Shown: positions 42,217 through 54,800, counted from the first letter of the stretch. The stretch: DNA of 64,000 nucleotides from Antedon mediterranea (GCF_964355755.1 NC_092673.1:10044001-10108000), one strand, 5' to 3'. The notes: a model not told the origin generated them from the sequence alone. Numbers and translations are program-made.

Positions 42217-42271
42217 TAAAGATTTTGTACAATAACAATAGGGGATCATTTTATTCTAAATGATCACCTAA
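42217..42271 (-). mobile_element. Orphan 5' end of the third HINE family capping the array
   Basis: gattttgtacaataacaataggggatcattttattctaaatgatcacctaa is nearly identical to 8472-8523. Confidence 0.65.
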
Positions 42272-42727
42272 TTAGTGTTTCCGCTTCGATTTATTTCCAC
42301 TTTTTTATTGTATATATCAAATAAAGAATACACCAAAAAACACCCCAAATAATATAGTTTGGTATTGATTCACACAAAACAATTTTTTGTTTAGCGTCTT
42401 TTGTTTTCGTAAAGTCTGAAAAGTAAAAAGTAAAGTCTAAAGTTCCATATCCAGTATTGCTTTTTTAGCTTACAGATATTTTGAAGTGAAGATATAGTGT
42501 ATAACAAAATCAATGGCCATAAAATAGTTCCAAATTTTATTCTTGATACAATTTGTTTTTACTTTGATAATTTGTCAAAGTACTTTTATCAGAGTGCGCT
42601 TTTATTCCTATACATGCAATATATAATATAACCACATATTAAGGCAGAAAGACAGTGCAGAGCACGGGTTACAACTAGTATACATTATTAATATTATCAT
42701 ACAAAACATGGTGTTCTTAATTTTCAG

Positions 42728-42965
42728 AATAACTAAACAACACAGAGAGACACTTGCAAAGGCAGCCAAGGAGTTTTGTGACAAGACAAAGGTTGATTTG
42801 AGAAATAAAAGATCAAAGTATATTATGAAGCTTCGCAAACAGACTGCTTCAAAGGATATTTTATTTCAAATTGAGAAACAGATTTCCCAGATTTCGGAAC
42901 ATTTTAATAAAAAGGCAGATGTTATGCTAAAAGAAAAGACAAGAGAACTAATTGAAGGTATATAG
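42728..42965 (+). CDS. MRRF: Terminal coding exon of mitochondrial ribosome recycling factor
   Basis: ITKQHRETLAKAAKEFCDKTKVDLRNKRSKYIMKLRKQTASKDILFQIEKQISQISEHFNKKADVMLKEKTRELIEGI* matches, from recall, the MRRF C-terminus (VTREHREMLVKLAK..KAKDSLRKVR..SEDTIRLIEKQISQMAD..KTKELLG). It is preceded by branch-like cttaat and a ttttcag acceptor (phase 2). The frame is intact with TAG at 42963-42965. Confidence 0.88.
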
Positions 42966-43073
42966 AGACTTTTAAAAGTACCCCTTATTTTTTTTTTAAG
43001 AAAGAAAAAAGGGTTGTTTTTCGTAGTGGGTACTAACACAAACAACGATTTAAACTTGATTTTAACTTGTTGA

Positions 43074-43079
43074 AATAAA
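43074..43079 (+). promoter_or_regulatory. Candidate polyadenylation signal for MRRF
   Basis: First AATAAA, about 110 nt after the stop codon. The motif is common in AT-rich DNA. Confidence 0.35.
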
Positions 43080-43800
43080 ATCATCTGGTTTCTAATGATA
43101 ACGTTAAACTTACGACTTATCGGCTACCTTTCTAAATATACATTAGGTGTGATGTAATAATTGGCCTGACCACGCTTGGCTAATGCAACCGGTTTCCTTC
43201 GAGTCGTATATGTTGCCGAATGGTTTTTGTTGTTCCGTTTTCTGTTTGAATTCCCTGTATAATTGTGATTTTGTCTTGAGAAACAAAAGGTGTATCATAC
43301 ATTCACTCGTAAAGTTGATCAAAGAATGTAAATTAGGCCTACACAAACACAATAACAACATGGCGTCGATTACGGAACACACGTTTCTCTATCTGAGGGT
43401 CCAATAAAATGTTGTTTCCACCGTGAAATCAGTGTTTATAAACCTCCATAAACATTACAGGTCCTAAATAAAGTGTTATATATGACGCTAGATGGTATTG
43501 CAAAGATTTGAAGAAGTAAATAAAACGACTAAACTTAGACATACAGACTTCATAAATTCTGATTTCACCTCGATTGGTGTTAAATTAAAACTACTGTTTA
43601 TGCATACATAGGCTACGGTCACACTACAGCCTGAAGCCTGGCACGACTCCGATTGAGATTTCAAGCCAGATTTCAGTTTATTGGGCGTTACACCATTCAA
43701 ATTCTGTTGGGTTGTTCTCCGAACGAAAACGGAAATCAGTCGGCTAGCTAAATAAATTACGTGAGCCAATCTGTAGTACATATTTACAATTTTATTTAGA

Positions 43801-43840
43801 ACTAGAAGCAGTACCAGTCTTCGATGGCTGGGTATAACTT
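43801..43840 (-). mobile_element. Possible 3' end of another Helentron family
   Basis: Minus strand reads gttatacccagccatcgaagactggtactgcttctagt, a short imperfect hairpin plus terminal CTAGT. No matching 5' end was found. Confidence 0.35.
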
Positions 43841-44379
43841 TATAAGCTCAGAGTTCAACCGAGAAAATGATCGAGAGAAGTTATCAATTTATATGGAATT
43901 TAAATTGAATTTTTTATTGATGACTGTCTTACAGTAACCAGCCCAATGAAATAAGTCAATATCAAATAATATACCGAGCTGCATTCGTGATTGAGAATTG
44001 TCATTTTATGCAAAGAGACCAATGTGAATGAAATGGTTAGGAACCATTTTTCTTTTTAAACTGTAGGTAAAATGTAAATGAAAACGATAAGAATGTAAAG
44101 ATACATAAATAGTAAGTTCTGCATAGTAATAATACAATTAGTTCTGTTTCATCATGTCGCCCTCTGAAAATAAAAAAAAGTTGTTGGCTTTTTACGCAGT
44201 CGTCATGTGTTTTTTATTTTATAGTACTTATTACATAGACCGTATTTATTTGATGCCCTGAATGTTGAGACACCAGGATAATAATCGATTACAATGTAAT
44301 AAAATCAGTAATAAATGGTAACTGGAAAATGTCTACATTATATATATTTTGCCGTGAGAAAAGTTTTAAAATACATTAT

Positions 44380-44495
44380 TTCATTTCATTTCATTATTTA
44401 TTTGGTCTATTTAAGTATATACAAAACAAAAAAAAACTGAAATTGGGGAGACCAGGGTCAACCTAAGTCACTAGCTGAGCCGGTTGACCCAACCC
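44380..44495 (-). mobile_element. Possible 3' tail of an L2/SINE retroelement
   Basis: Stem-loop gggtcaacc...ggttgaccc followed on the minus strand by AATAAA and (TGAAA)n. Confidence 0.4.
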
Positions 44496-44617
44496 CAAAG
44501 TCAGTTTACACATAAAAGACGTAAAGACAAAATACAGTTACAGCGAATCAAAATGAATATGAACTTTAAAACTATAAAAAAACTATAACTATAACTATAA
44601 AAGAAACAACATACTAT

Positions 44618-45307
44618 TCATACTTTTTTTATTACTGTAAAGTGCTGCAGGATATACAATGTTTGTTGTTTTGGCATAGTATATATAATGATTTCGATTA
44701 TCCAACTCTCGAAAAACCAACATACAATTGACCATGTGAAAAACATGGTGAGGTTAAATCCAGTCCTTCTATGGTGAGAGATTGTCTTCGAGATTTGTTG
44801 ATCGTCATACTGAAGCACAGGCGGACTGGAAATTGTGGATGCCGAAACTTGCTCAAACGGAAGATCTTTTGGTATAATTTGGATTTTCGGAATGTTTACT
44901 ACATTCCTGTTTACTACATTCTCGTTTATTTTCACTTTTAATTTCTTAGGCAATTAAGTTAGTTTTTAATAAATCTGAATCGTCGTAAATAAATAGAGCC
45001 AAAGCTGCTGCTCTGACTCTTTTAGCTTTCTTTCCAATTGAGATATTTTGTTCAACGTATCTGTACGTATCTTTGACAACAGCAGAACACGCATGGGTCG
45101 ACTGGCCTGGACCATTCGTAGTACGCTTTGCAGCGTTCTAATATTGAATTGTTGATTGTGTGGCGTTTGTGCGATCGATAATCTGTATAGCACCAAACAT
45201 ATCTTTGTGTTGATGTCGTCAGTCGTTACATCTAATTTGTGGGTTAAACTATTAATTGATTTGCTAATCGTAGAAGTCGTTGGGTTGGCGACATTATCTG
45301 GAGACAT
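44618..45307 (-). pseudogene. Unidentified interrupted reading frame with a candidate upstream intron
   Basis: Two same-frame ORFs separated by two stops. The ATG (45307) directly follows a polypyrimidine-AG acceptor, with a gtaagt donor at 45462. No recognised domain. Confidence 0.25.
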
Positions 45308-47702
45308 CCTAAAAAGATGAAAAACATCAAGATGAAATACCAATATTACTAAAGTGCTGTGTTAATAAAATTATATGGAAATGATGATTGATGACTACCT
45401 TACACTAATAATACAATGTAAATTGGAAATAAAACATAAGTTTACTGTGTATGAATACTTACAGTGAAAAAAAATGTAAAACCTCGTGTTTCGTCTATCC
45501 TAATCTCGGCGTAACAGGAGAGGCACACTAAGCGATGAAACGTGATATAGGATTAATATAACGACTACCTTATACACTAATAATATGCTGGTAATGATTG
45601 GGGTAAAGACAATTAGTCCATGGGCCAGACATTTTTTCGGTATCAAATTGGTGGCAAATGCTACCATATATTTTTGGAAAGCTTAATATGTCTACTTTTC
45701 AGAAATCCATGATAGCAATGCCAATTGTACAGCTTAATAGTCATTTTTGAGGATTGTATAACACCGCCTATGGAATATATGCAACACAAAATTTTGGGGT
45801 AGGGGGTAACACTTTTGCTAATAACTCGGGATTTAATAAACAGATTTGCATTTTCTTGCTATCAATATGTAGTGTATAGACTGCTTAAGTGTAATATATT
45901 TTTCTAAGTAAATCCAATTATTGACGCCATTAGAGGTCAAAAGGTCATTGAACTTTAATAAAAAATGATTTTTTTTTTCTAATAACTTGTAACTTTCAGT
46001 TTTTAACAAAACAAATACAATAGATGTTATGCAAACTAATGTTTTCATGAACATAATAGACCCAATAAACAAGAAAATTGAAGTTAAAGATTAACAAAAT
46101 ATGAATATGCTGTGTATTATGAAGAAATTTGTTGTTTTTATTAATCGTTTACAATTATGGGGAAGGGGGTTACATTTTTGCGAATAACTTACAATTTAGT
46201 TAACAGATTTGCATTTTCTTGCTATCAATATGTAGTGTATAGATTGCCTAATTGTAATATACTTTTTAAAAATGAATCCCGAATTTGTTGACATCTTTAG
46301 AGGTCAAAAGGTCACTGACCTTTAATCAAAAATGCAATTTCTTCTAAATTAGCTTATAAATTTCAATTTTAAACACAAAAATACAAGATATTTTATGCAA
46401 ACTAATGTTTTCTTAAACCTATAGACACCATCAATAAAAAAAATTGAATTTAACATTTTTTCAAAATTGAATATGCTGTGCTGTTCTGTAAAGTGTAATG
46501 TTTTTGATAAAAGGAAAAAAAAAAAATAAAAGTTTTTGGAAAAAAAAAAAAAAAAATGCTGTGCATTATAAAGAAATTTGTTCGTCATTAGTAACCTTTG
46601 ACAATAATTTTTGCAAATAACTTAAGATTTAGTGAACAGATTTGCATTCTCATGTTATCATTATGTAGTGTATGGATTTTATTATTGTAATGTACTTTTT
46701 AAAAATGAATCCAGCATCTATTGACGTGTTTAGAGGTCAAAAGGTCAATGACCTTCAATCAAAAATGCAATTTCTTCTAAATTAACTTATACATTTCAAT
46801 TTTAAACACAAACTTACAAGAGATCTTATGTTGATGTTTTCCTAAACATATACGGTAGACACAATGAACAAGAAAATTGAAATTAAACAAACAAATATTA
46901 TATGAATTTATGAAGACATTTTGTCTTAACATCAGTGTTAATAATAATTTTTTATTAACAATTATAGGGTAAGGGGTAACATATTTTCTAATAACTTTGT
47001 ATTTAGTGATCAAATTTGCATTTTTTTGTATTAATATGTACTGTGTAGGTTGCCTAATTGTTATATTCATGTTGAAAAAAATAAAACATAACATATTGAC
47101 ATCATTGTAGGATCATTGAACATTAACAAAAAATACAATTTCGTCCAAATTTAACATTAATAAAGTTTCAATTTTAAACACAAAAATACAACAAATCTAT
47201 TACAAACTGGTGTTTTTTTTTTTCAAACCTATAAAAACAATGTACAAATATGAATTAAAGTTAAAGATTAAACACAAATAAACATGTATGCCCTAACAAT
47301 AGGAAGAATTTTGACCGTATTAGTAATTTGTAATCCTAAAAAATTATGGGGTAAGGGGTAACATTTTTGCTAATAACTTTGAATTTATTGAACATTTCTT
47401 GGTAACAAAGTAGGGTACTGTATAAACTGTTTAATTAAAAATTGTTATCTCAAATAATATTACCAATATTAAGGTTGTGTAGTTTTATTTAAAGCCTGTA
47501 GACAAATTAAAAAAATGTTGGTATTTAGTGTTGTTGTGGGGTACAAAATAACATTATGCATGACTAGACTTGTTGGAGGGGTATACATTATTTTATTTAT
47601 TGAAAAAAGAAATGAGGATAGGAGCTTTATAAAAACATTTCTTTTACCGTGAAATTACAAGATGGATAAACTATTTTATAATTTATCGTGATTATAAACT
47701 AA

Positions 47703-48655
47703 GGGTATGTTCAGCTTTCGTATCACAGCCAACGTCATATTTTAATGAGCGTCGTAAGAGCAAAGTGTTCAGATTCAACGGATATGATGTCACTCGCTGC
47801 AATTAACCAAACTCTAACGCACGCATAGACCTACCTTTGTTGTTATTAAAAGTAGTAGTGGTTGGTTTAGGAGTTACAGGCCTAGACCGAACACTTGGGC
47901 TCGGCATTATCGATTGGTTGTCAGGCATACCAACCAGCCGATCGTTTTGGGGTTTGGGTTTATATTTGGTCTATGACCTAAAATATCATTTATGCCCAGA
48001 AAAATGTTCAAATCCCGTACTTGCACCGGCTCCAGATTTATTTACTCGGTCTTTCGCCGCTTTATACGACGACCCCTTCAATTTCGTTTGGATATTAAAT
48101 CCTTCTTTATGAGGATGGCCCATCTGCTAACGTGTCCGCCATGTCGTTGAACACAGACATCTTGTTGCCGGTGCTTTTACGCCAGTTTTTCACTTCCAAC
48201 CGATCTCTGAACTCAGGGCTTCCTCACAATGAAATAAGGTATTTTACTTCGGTTTCTCGCCAATGCGCACGCTTCGATGACATTAATTAATTAATATAAT
48301 AATATTAATAATAATAATACTGTATAGTGTAACAACAAAAGGTATGATTTTTTCGCACGTTCACCGATCACAACAAATAGATCAGCCTGGCTATACGATG
48401 AGGAGCACATGTCACGATGTGATGTGGCGAATAATGTAATTTGATTGGCTAGATATCTAACCTAGGTCATATTCATCGATGCGTGACTTTCGTATTGTAA
48501 GCGACGTCCACTAAACTCATATCTTGAGCTTTTGTAGCGTATGAAATATCAGTGTCGTACGAGGTGGCTTCCACTAATCTTTTCCTGGTTCAGACCTATG
48601 GACTTGTACGCCGCGTACAATACGAAAGCATAACTCCGTAGATATGAACAGGCCC
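47703..48655 (-). mobile_element. PIF/Harbinger element carrying a Myb/SANT-trihelix remnant
   Basis: Imperfect TIR gggtatgttca / tgaacaggccc, TAA TSD (47700-47702, 48656-48658). The empty site ctaagtctc is at 3537-3545. Confidence 0.8.
47990..48283 (-). pseudogene. Myb/SANT-like (trihelix) DNA-binding protein remnant
   Basis: MSSKRAHWRETEVKYLISL*(W)GSPEFRDRLE...VFNDMADTLAD/GHPHKEGFNIQTKLKGSSYKAAKDRVNKSGAGASTGFEHF, with one stop and one frameshift. Confidence 0.75.
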
Positions 48656-48658
48656 TAA

Positions 48659-50148
48659 AGGCTGGTTTCCTGTCGACGTAAGAAGTCAAATTTTGCAACG
48701 ATTCTTGCGTTTCATACGTTTCTTACAACTCTTACGAAAGTTAAGAAAAAATTGACGTCGTTGACGTTAGTCAAGATCGTGTCGGGCCGCAGAAAAACAT
48801 CTGTAGTTATGCTGCTCCCGAAAGTTGAAATTTTAGCTGTGAAACACACGTCGTATGCTTACGTCGATTTTAGTGTTGTTACGAAAGTTGAAATTTTTTT
48901 CTTACGTCGGTCAGATTTATGACGTATTTGAAACAACATCTCTGATTGGTGTTTCTTTTTAGAGCGGGTTTTATCATTTTTCGCGCGAAATGTTGAATGA
49001 TGTTATTGTACATGTAGCTACTCAGCATCAGTGTCAGTGCAACTCAGCATCAGTGTCAGTGCAGCACACCAACATATTGTTTTTAGTAGATAGGCTAGGC
49101 CCTAGTATTAGTAATAATACTTAATTAATACTGTACTAATAGGAATTGATTTGACCAAAATCTAATCAAACTAGCCTATAAGGAGCCTAGGCTAATAGGC
49201 CTATGTAGGCTATTATTGTATGAATCAAAATATGAATGAATTATCCTGGCCCTTTAGGCCTAGCCTTCAAAAGTTTTCAAAATTAAAAAAAGGCAAATCA
49301 TTTCGGGATTCCTATTATTATTAGACCTACCTAGGCCCTGGGCTAGGCCTTGGCCTATGGGCCCAGGCATACTCTAATCGAGCATGAGATAGTACTACCG
49401 CAGTAAGATACCCATTATTTACAGGCCTATAATAAGAATAAATTTAACAAAACAATATAAATTATACAAAATCAAGCAAACAATTTTTTTTTAAAGTTAC
49501 ATAATAATATTATATTGCTTACAAAGGGGCTTTCTATATCTTATCTTGTTGCAAATGTTCATTTTCGTGACGTTTCTACCGATGCTGATTGTTTATTGCA
49601 CGTCCATAAATAAGAGTATTAGATTTTGATATGAGTTGTAAACTCCCTGATTTGAACATTATTAGGCCTATATTGAAACTACTGTGCATTTGTAAAGTAT
49701 GTACGACATCGTAAAGTGGGCTAAAATTATAGTAGTAAATACATACAAATGTTATTGTCCGGCTTTATTTCACTATAAGGACATACACATTACGTCATAA
49801 CTCTTGTCGCTCATTGGTTGCTTGTTACGATTGCGCTTACGTCTCTTGCGAAAGTTGACTTCAAGTCAACTTTCGTAAGAGACGTAAGAAACGTGACGCA
49901 AGGGCGTTCATTCAAGCGTAAGATAAAAAATCCCGGTTTCCTGTAAAATCGGAAGAAAACGTCGTAACGCAACAATTGTTAGGTCATCGGTTTCCTGTAA
50001 AATCGTTTGTCGTTACCATTTTTCTTACGTTGCGTCGATTTTGTAAATTTTCGATCGTAATCGGTTTCCTGTAAAATCCGCATTTCTTACGACAAATCGA
50101 CGTAGTCGCAACAAAAGTGATGATCTTACGTCGACAGGAAACCAGCCT
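48659..50148. mobile_element. Non-autonomous PIF/Harbinger element, 1490 bp
   Basis: 25-bp perfect TIR aggctggtttcctgtcgacgtaaga flanked by TAA and TTA. Subterminal ggtttcctgtaaaatc repeats and a 25-bp-arm hairpin at 49836-49888. Confidence 0.88.
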
Positions 50149-50552
50149 TTAGTCTCACTTAAGGCTTAAGGAGTGGAGTTAAAAGAGTTCTGAGTTACAA
50201 CCCTGGCACTAGGTCGGGATTGAACCCTGGACGGATTGGAAGGCAAGCACGTTAACCACCAAGCTACAGCTCCACTACTTTAGATAGGGTATTTGGTTAT
50301 TTTTTAAATACATATCCTCCGGCTACTGTTTTTAGGCTATACTGTATAAATTGTTATTATTTTACAGATTGTACTTTAAATCAATTAATCGACTTTAATT
50401 TTTAAAATGACACTACCAATTAAATTTGTATTTAAAAGATATTTTTATATTGAAAATATTCTTTTTTCCAAACCAATAATTAGTAAAAACTAACCTTGAC
50501 AGTTTCGCTGTCCTGATCGGACAGCTTCTTCAGAAATAATGACGATCTATCA

Positions 50553-50920
50553 TCAAACAGACTGACCTCTAGAGGGCCTATTCTGTTTAATGACAGGGTC
50601 ATACACGTGACTGAGTTGGTGGGTGCCCTCGTCTCTGTTGATGATTTGGTTTCCTCGTCTGCGGATCCAGATGGCTTCTCTGATGCGTCGGTTGTTTGTA
50701 TCTGGTTCCCTGTCGATGATTTTAGGTTGTGTCCAGTCTATTATGTGATTTAACTTGACGGCATGATCTGCTATAGCAGCAATGTAGGTGTGATCACAAT
50801 TAGAACATGAGATTTCGTAGACGCAATTAGCCACTTTCAATTTGTCAACTTGGTCTTTTGGGTGGACAAGTAGTTGGCGTAATGAAGTGTGGGGTTTCAT
50901 AGCTGTGTTGATGCCAAACT
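50553..50920 (-). pseudogene. Penelope GIY-YIG endonuclease C-terminal remnant
   Basis: KPHTSLRQLLVHPKD..NCVYEISCSNCDHTYI/AIADHA..NHIIDW...RRIREAIWIR..NRDEG. The GET..R core is deleted. Confidence 0.88.
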
Positions 50921-51007
50921 GCCAACTCAGTAACGTGTATGACCCTGTCATTAAACAGAATAGGCCCTCTAGAGGTCAGTCTGTTTGATGATAGAACATC
51001 ATTATTT

Positions 51008-51044
51008 CTGAAGAAGCTGTCCGATCAGGACAGCGAAACTGTCA
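51008..51044 (+). ncRNA. Minimal hammerhead-ribozyme-like motif in the Penelope pLTR (antisense copy at 50497-50533)
   Basis: CUGAAGA-A-GCUGUCC-GAUCA-GGACAGC-GAAA-CUGUC shows the conserved core boxes with a perfect 7-bp helix II. Minimal hammerheads are established features of Penelope pLTRs. Confidence 0.65.
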
Positions 51045-51184
51045 AGGTTAGTTTTTACTAATTATTGGTTTGGAAAAAAGAATATTTTCAATATACTTAT
51101 ACCTACAAACCAGATGAACATTTTCAATCATGTTAAAAGATATTCTTTTCTATAAAATGTTCATCTGACATTTTCCTGTATCTA

Positions 51185-51438
51185 TACGCATGAAACGCCA
51201 TATGTGCCAAAATATTTATCTTTTTACTAATATTAAGACAAAACTCCGTCTGGAACCCAGACTAATTATGATTAAGTATTTTAAAGACATTGTGAAAAAT
51301 TTGTGATCATTGACATTTAACTTTTTGAGATAATTGTTACACAAATTTGTACAGAGAGAAATAAATAATAAGAATAGGAAGAATACAGATTTCATACAAT
51401 AACAATAGGTGATCATTTTATTCTAAATGATCACCTAA
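51185..51438 (-). mobile_element. 5' portion of the third HINE family
   Basis: Perfect hairpin taggtgatcattt-tattct-aaatgatcaccta. The body resembles 8370-8523. Confidence 0.6.
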
Positions 51439-51879
51439 AAATGGGGGTAACCTTGCATTCTGATGAACTGTATCACTTTTAAAAGTAGACATATTTTGCA
51501 ACATTTTCACAATTTGTTGACGTTTTCATGCGCAACCTGTCATGTTTAACGTGCTCGTAGAACGCCATTTCAGGTTGAAAAGTTAATAAAATAACGTAAA
51601 ATTGTTAACCGAAGTTTGAAAAACACAATCTATGCAAAATAAAGGCTTATACGCGTTCTCTGCGCCGTGTGTGCACCCAAGGCAATTTTTTAAACGCTTA
51701 AAATGACCTGATTCGTTCTCTAATTTAATCAGAAATTGATTTCAAGCATTTTGAAATTTTAAACGCCGTTTACGCGCGCACTTTCTAATGTTACAAATTT
51801 CGGTAGTGATAAAAAAAGTTACAAATTGATGTGAAGCAAACATGGCTGAAAGTTAAAAAATATTTATTTGTTTCGAAGT
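51439..51879 (-). mobile_element. Fragment of the 39090-type HINE subfamily
   Basis: Aligns with 39705-40150 (atgggggtaaccttgcattctgatgaactg ... tttgtttcgaagt). Confidence 0.75.
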
Positions 51880-51891
51880 GGACAACTTGGA

Positions 51892-54800
51892 ATTTACTCT
51901 TGTAGCTAGATCAACTTTCGTATGCACTTTGTGGTCCAGAGAATTTGACTTCAGAAATTGGTTTAGGATGGTCAAACAATCATTATTGGCTTGGTTACAC
52001 ATTTTGAAAATGTGGCGAAAGGTCAAAAGGTCAGGTTGAAAGGTTATCAAACTAAACACCAATAGGTCCATAAATCTCGACAACCACTGGTCACAGCGAG
52101 GTAATTTTGGTCTCAAATTGATCAGAAGGTATACATTTATATTCAGTCTAATGGGACATTTTAGTCAAAAATGACCGGAAATGCCATTTCTGACCTTTGA
52201 CCCACACCCCAGGGCATGTATGTATCTCCGTAACTACTGATCATAGACACTTGCATTTGGTCTTAAATTGTTTGAAATAAACATTTTGTTATTTGTTGCA
52301 CATTTTTAAAAATGTTACAAAAGGTCAAAGGGTCAGGGTCAAGGGTTATATGAACAAATATAAATAGATACTTGTATCTCGGCAACCACTCGTCGCAGCA
52401 AGTCAATGTTCAGAAGGCATGCTTTCATATTCAATCTTATGGGACATTTTAGTCAAAAATTATCAGAAATGCCATTTCTGACCTTTAACCCACATATCAT
52501 GGCATCTTCATATCTCTGTAAGTACTGGTCGTAGAAACTTAAATTTGATATCAAATTGTTCGAAATATACATATTTACATTCATTGTAATAAAAAATGTG
52601 GTTAAAAGATGAACAGAAATACTATTACTAATGTTTCAAACAAAAAACATATCTCTACATAACTTATCCTTACTAGACAGTAATGTTATGCAATAACTGA
52701 TACTTTAAATTGTTTCAATTTCAAGTACTAGTTATTGCTGTCCCCAAGAACATTTTGATAGAAACATCAAGCTCAACAGTTCTTTTCAGAATGCTAGAAG
52801 TAACTTGCCATGTGTATCCGATTAAGCATAGTTAAGCTTAGTTAAGCATAGTTAAGCTTAGTTACATTTTTTTTCACATTATTGATTGTCTCCATCCCCG
52901 AAACCTCGAATGGTGTCCGGCGGGGGATAGTTTATTACCATTAGTTAAGGTCTAATGTAAAGCACCTAGAGGGGTCAGTGATCCATTAGGCGCTATATAA
53001 ATACTGTTTATTATTATTATTATTAAACCCCCCGGGCATTTATTGTTCAAAAGGGTTTTTAGGGGGAGGGGAGGCAACTTTATTTGGGGTATAATATGGT
53101 AATATGTATAATCAAATAAATACCACCTAGATGTAAAAAAAAATACAGCACAATTAATATCAAAAAGTACAAAAAAATGCTTGGTAAATTGTAGATTATG
53201 GTAGTTAATGTAATGTGTTGTGATACAATTATTGTGTAAATGCATGTGGCGGGCGTATTCCACATGACGTTCTATTGGAGAGAATGGTGGCGTTTATTTG
53301 AGGGAGGCTTTTATTCAAAGCAGGTGTTAATTCGAATAAATACTCTAATTTTAATAATTATAATTCGTTTCTCAACTGATAAAAGGTACTTTACATGATT
53401 CGTTTTCTTCTTTATGCTTTTTAACAAAATGTTTTTGTCTTTTAGAATAAAAGTGACACTGTCATAGATAACATTTTAAATGGATCTTCTCCTCCAGGTG
53501 CCAGTATAATGATATAAAACAATGACATATCATTATCCTGACACGATTGCACTCATAATGGATCTTCATTCTATCATCTGTTTGTTTGCGACTAAAATTT
53601 GACAACAATCTTTTGCTTATTTTTAAATGCCAATACATAGTTTCATTACTATTGTACAATATGTCCAGCTTTCCTGAAAACACCCTTGTGTACTGTAGTA
53701 CAGTGTTGTAGTATGATTTTATCTTGATAACTTCTGATGCTTTTATTGTCAATGCATTCAGTACCTAAAACATGTCAAAGTTTCTAGTCGTATTGATAAT
53801 AATATCTACACTGGGAACAGACGTGTATAATATACACCGACAAAACTTATACATATTATGTATAAGTTTTGTCGGTAACATTCAAAAATATTATGCAACA
53901 GTGTGTTACGGAATAATGACAATGAATTGGTCTATTATAGTTGTCTCGGATACCTTTTATTACATGATTGTACTTGCACCAGGATAGAATGAGGTTTAAT
54001 CCAGTTATTATTCTTATTATATTAACTAATTTTTTTTATCTGGGGTGTATTTATTTGATTATACATGTTACCATTATTACACCCAAACAAAATAAACACC
54101 TTCCCTGAATAAATAAATGCACGGGCCTTTTACTTCTAGCATTCTTTTTTTTATTTTTTTTTATTTCATACCCATTCCCTCCAATAGAACATCATGTGGA
54201 ATAAACGCTCCGCCACATGCATTTACAAAATAATTGTATCACAACACATTTCATTAACTACCATAATCTACAATTTACCAAGCATTTTGACATAATTTTA
54301 TCATTTTTTGATATTAATTGTGCTGTATTTTTTTACATCTACTGTAGGTGGTATTTATTTGATTATACATGTTACTATATTATACCCCAAATAAAGATGC
54401 TCCCCTCCCCCTAAAAACCCTTTTGAACAATAAATGCCCGGGGCGTTTAATCGGATACACATGGGAAGTTACTTTTAGCATTCTGAAAAAAACTGTTGAG
54501 CTTGACGTTTATATCAAAATGTTCTCGTGGACAGCAATAACTAGTACTTGAAATTGAAACAATTTAAAGTATCAATTATTGCATAACATTACTGTCTAAG
54601 GATAAGTTGTATAGAGATATGTTTTTTGTTTGAAACATTAATAGTATTTTCTGTTCATCTTTTAACCACATTTTCTATTACAATGAATGTAAATATGTAT
54701 ATTTCAAACAATTTGATACCAAATTTAAGTTTCTACGACCAGTACTTACAGAGATATGAAAATGCCCTGGTATGTGGGTCAAAGGTCAGAAATGGCATTT

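Larger units (their letters stand above)
50444..51132 (-). mobile_element. Penelope-like retroelement fragment with inverted pLTRs
   Basis: 174-bp inverted arms (50446-50619 and 50922-51095) surround a GIY-YIG remnant. A 12-bp duplication ttaaaagatatt lies at 50432-50443 and 51133-51144, and the empty site is at about 3838-3850. Confidence 0.9.
45614..51184. mobile_element. Academ-like element, copy B (left terminus intact, right part lost), hosting nested insertions
   Basis: Starts tagtccatgggccag. Segment 45614-47400 is the reverse complement of copy A's right arm. Segments 47395-47702, 50152-50443 and 51145-51184 match 3205-3888 once the insertions are removed. Confidence 0.7.

Noticed and set aside
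8112-45613. AAT flanks at 8112-8114 and 45611-45613 as the TSD of a single giant element
   Set aside because: The termini face the wrong way (right end first, left end later) and the host flanks are unrelated. They are two separate partial copies.
49020-49063. 22-bp direct tandem duplication (actcagcatcagtgtcagtgca x2)
   Set aside because: A simple local duplication with no further structure.
53462-53752. 96-aa minus-strand ORF in the foldback element interior
   Set aside because: No recognisable motif. It may be decayed transposon coding sequence but cannot be supported by eye.
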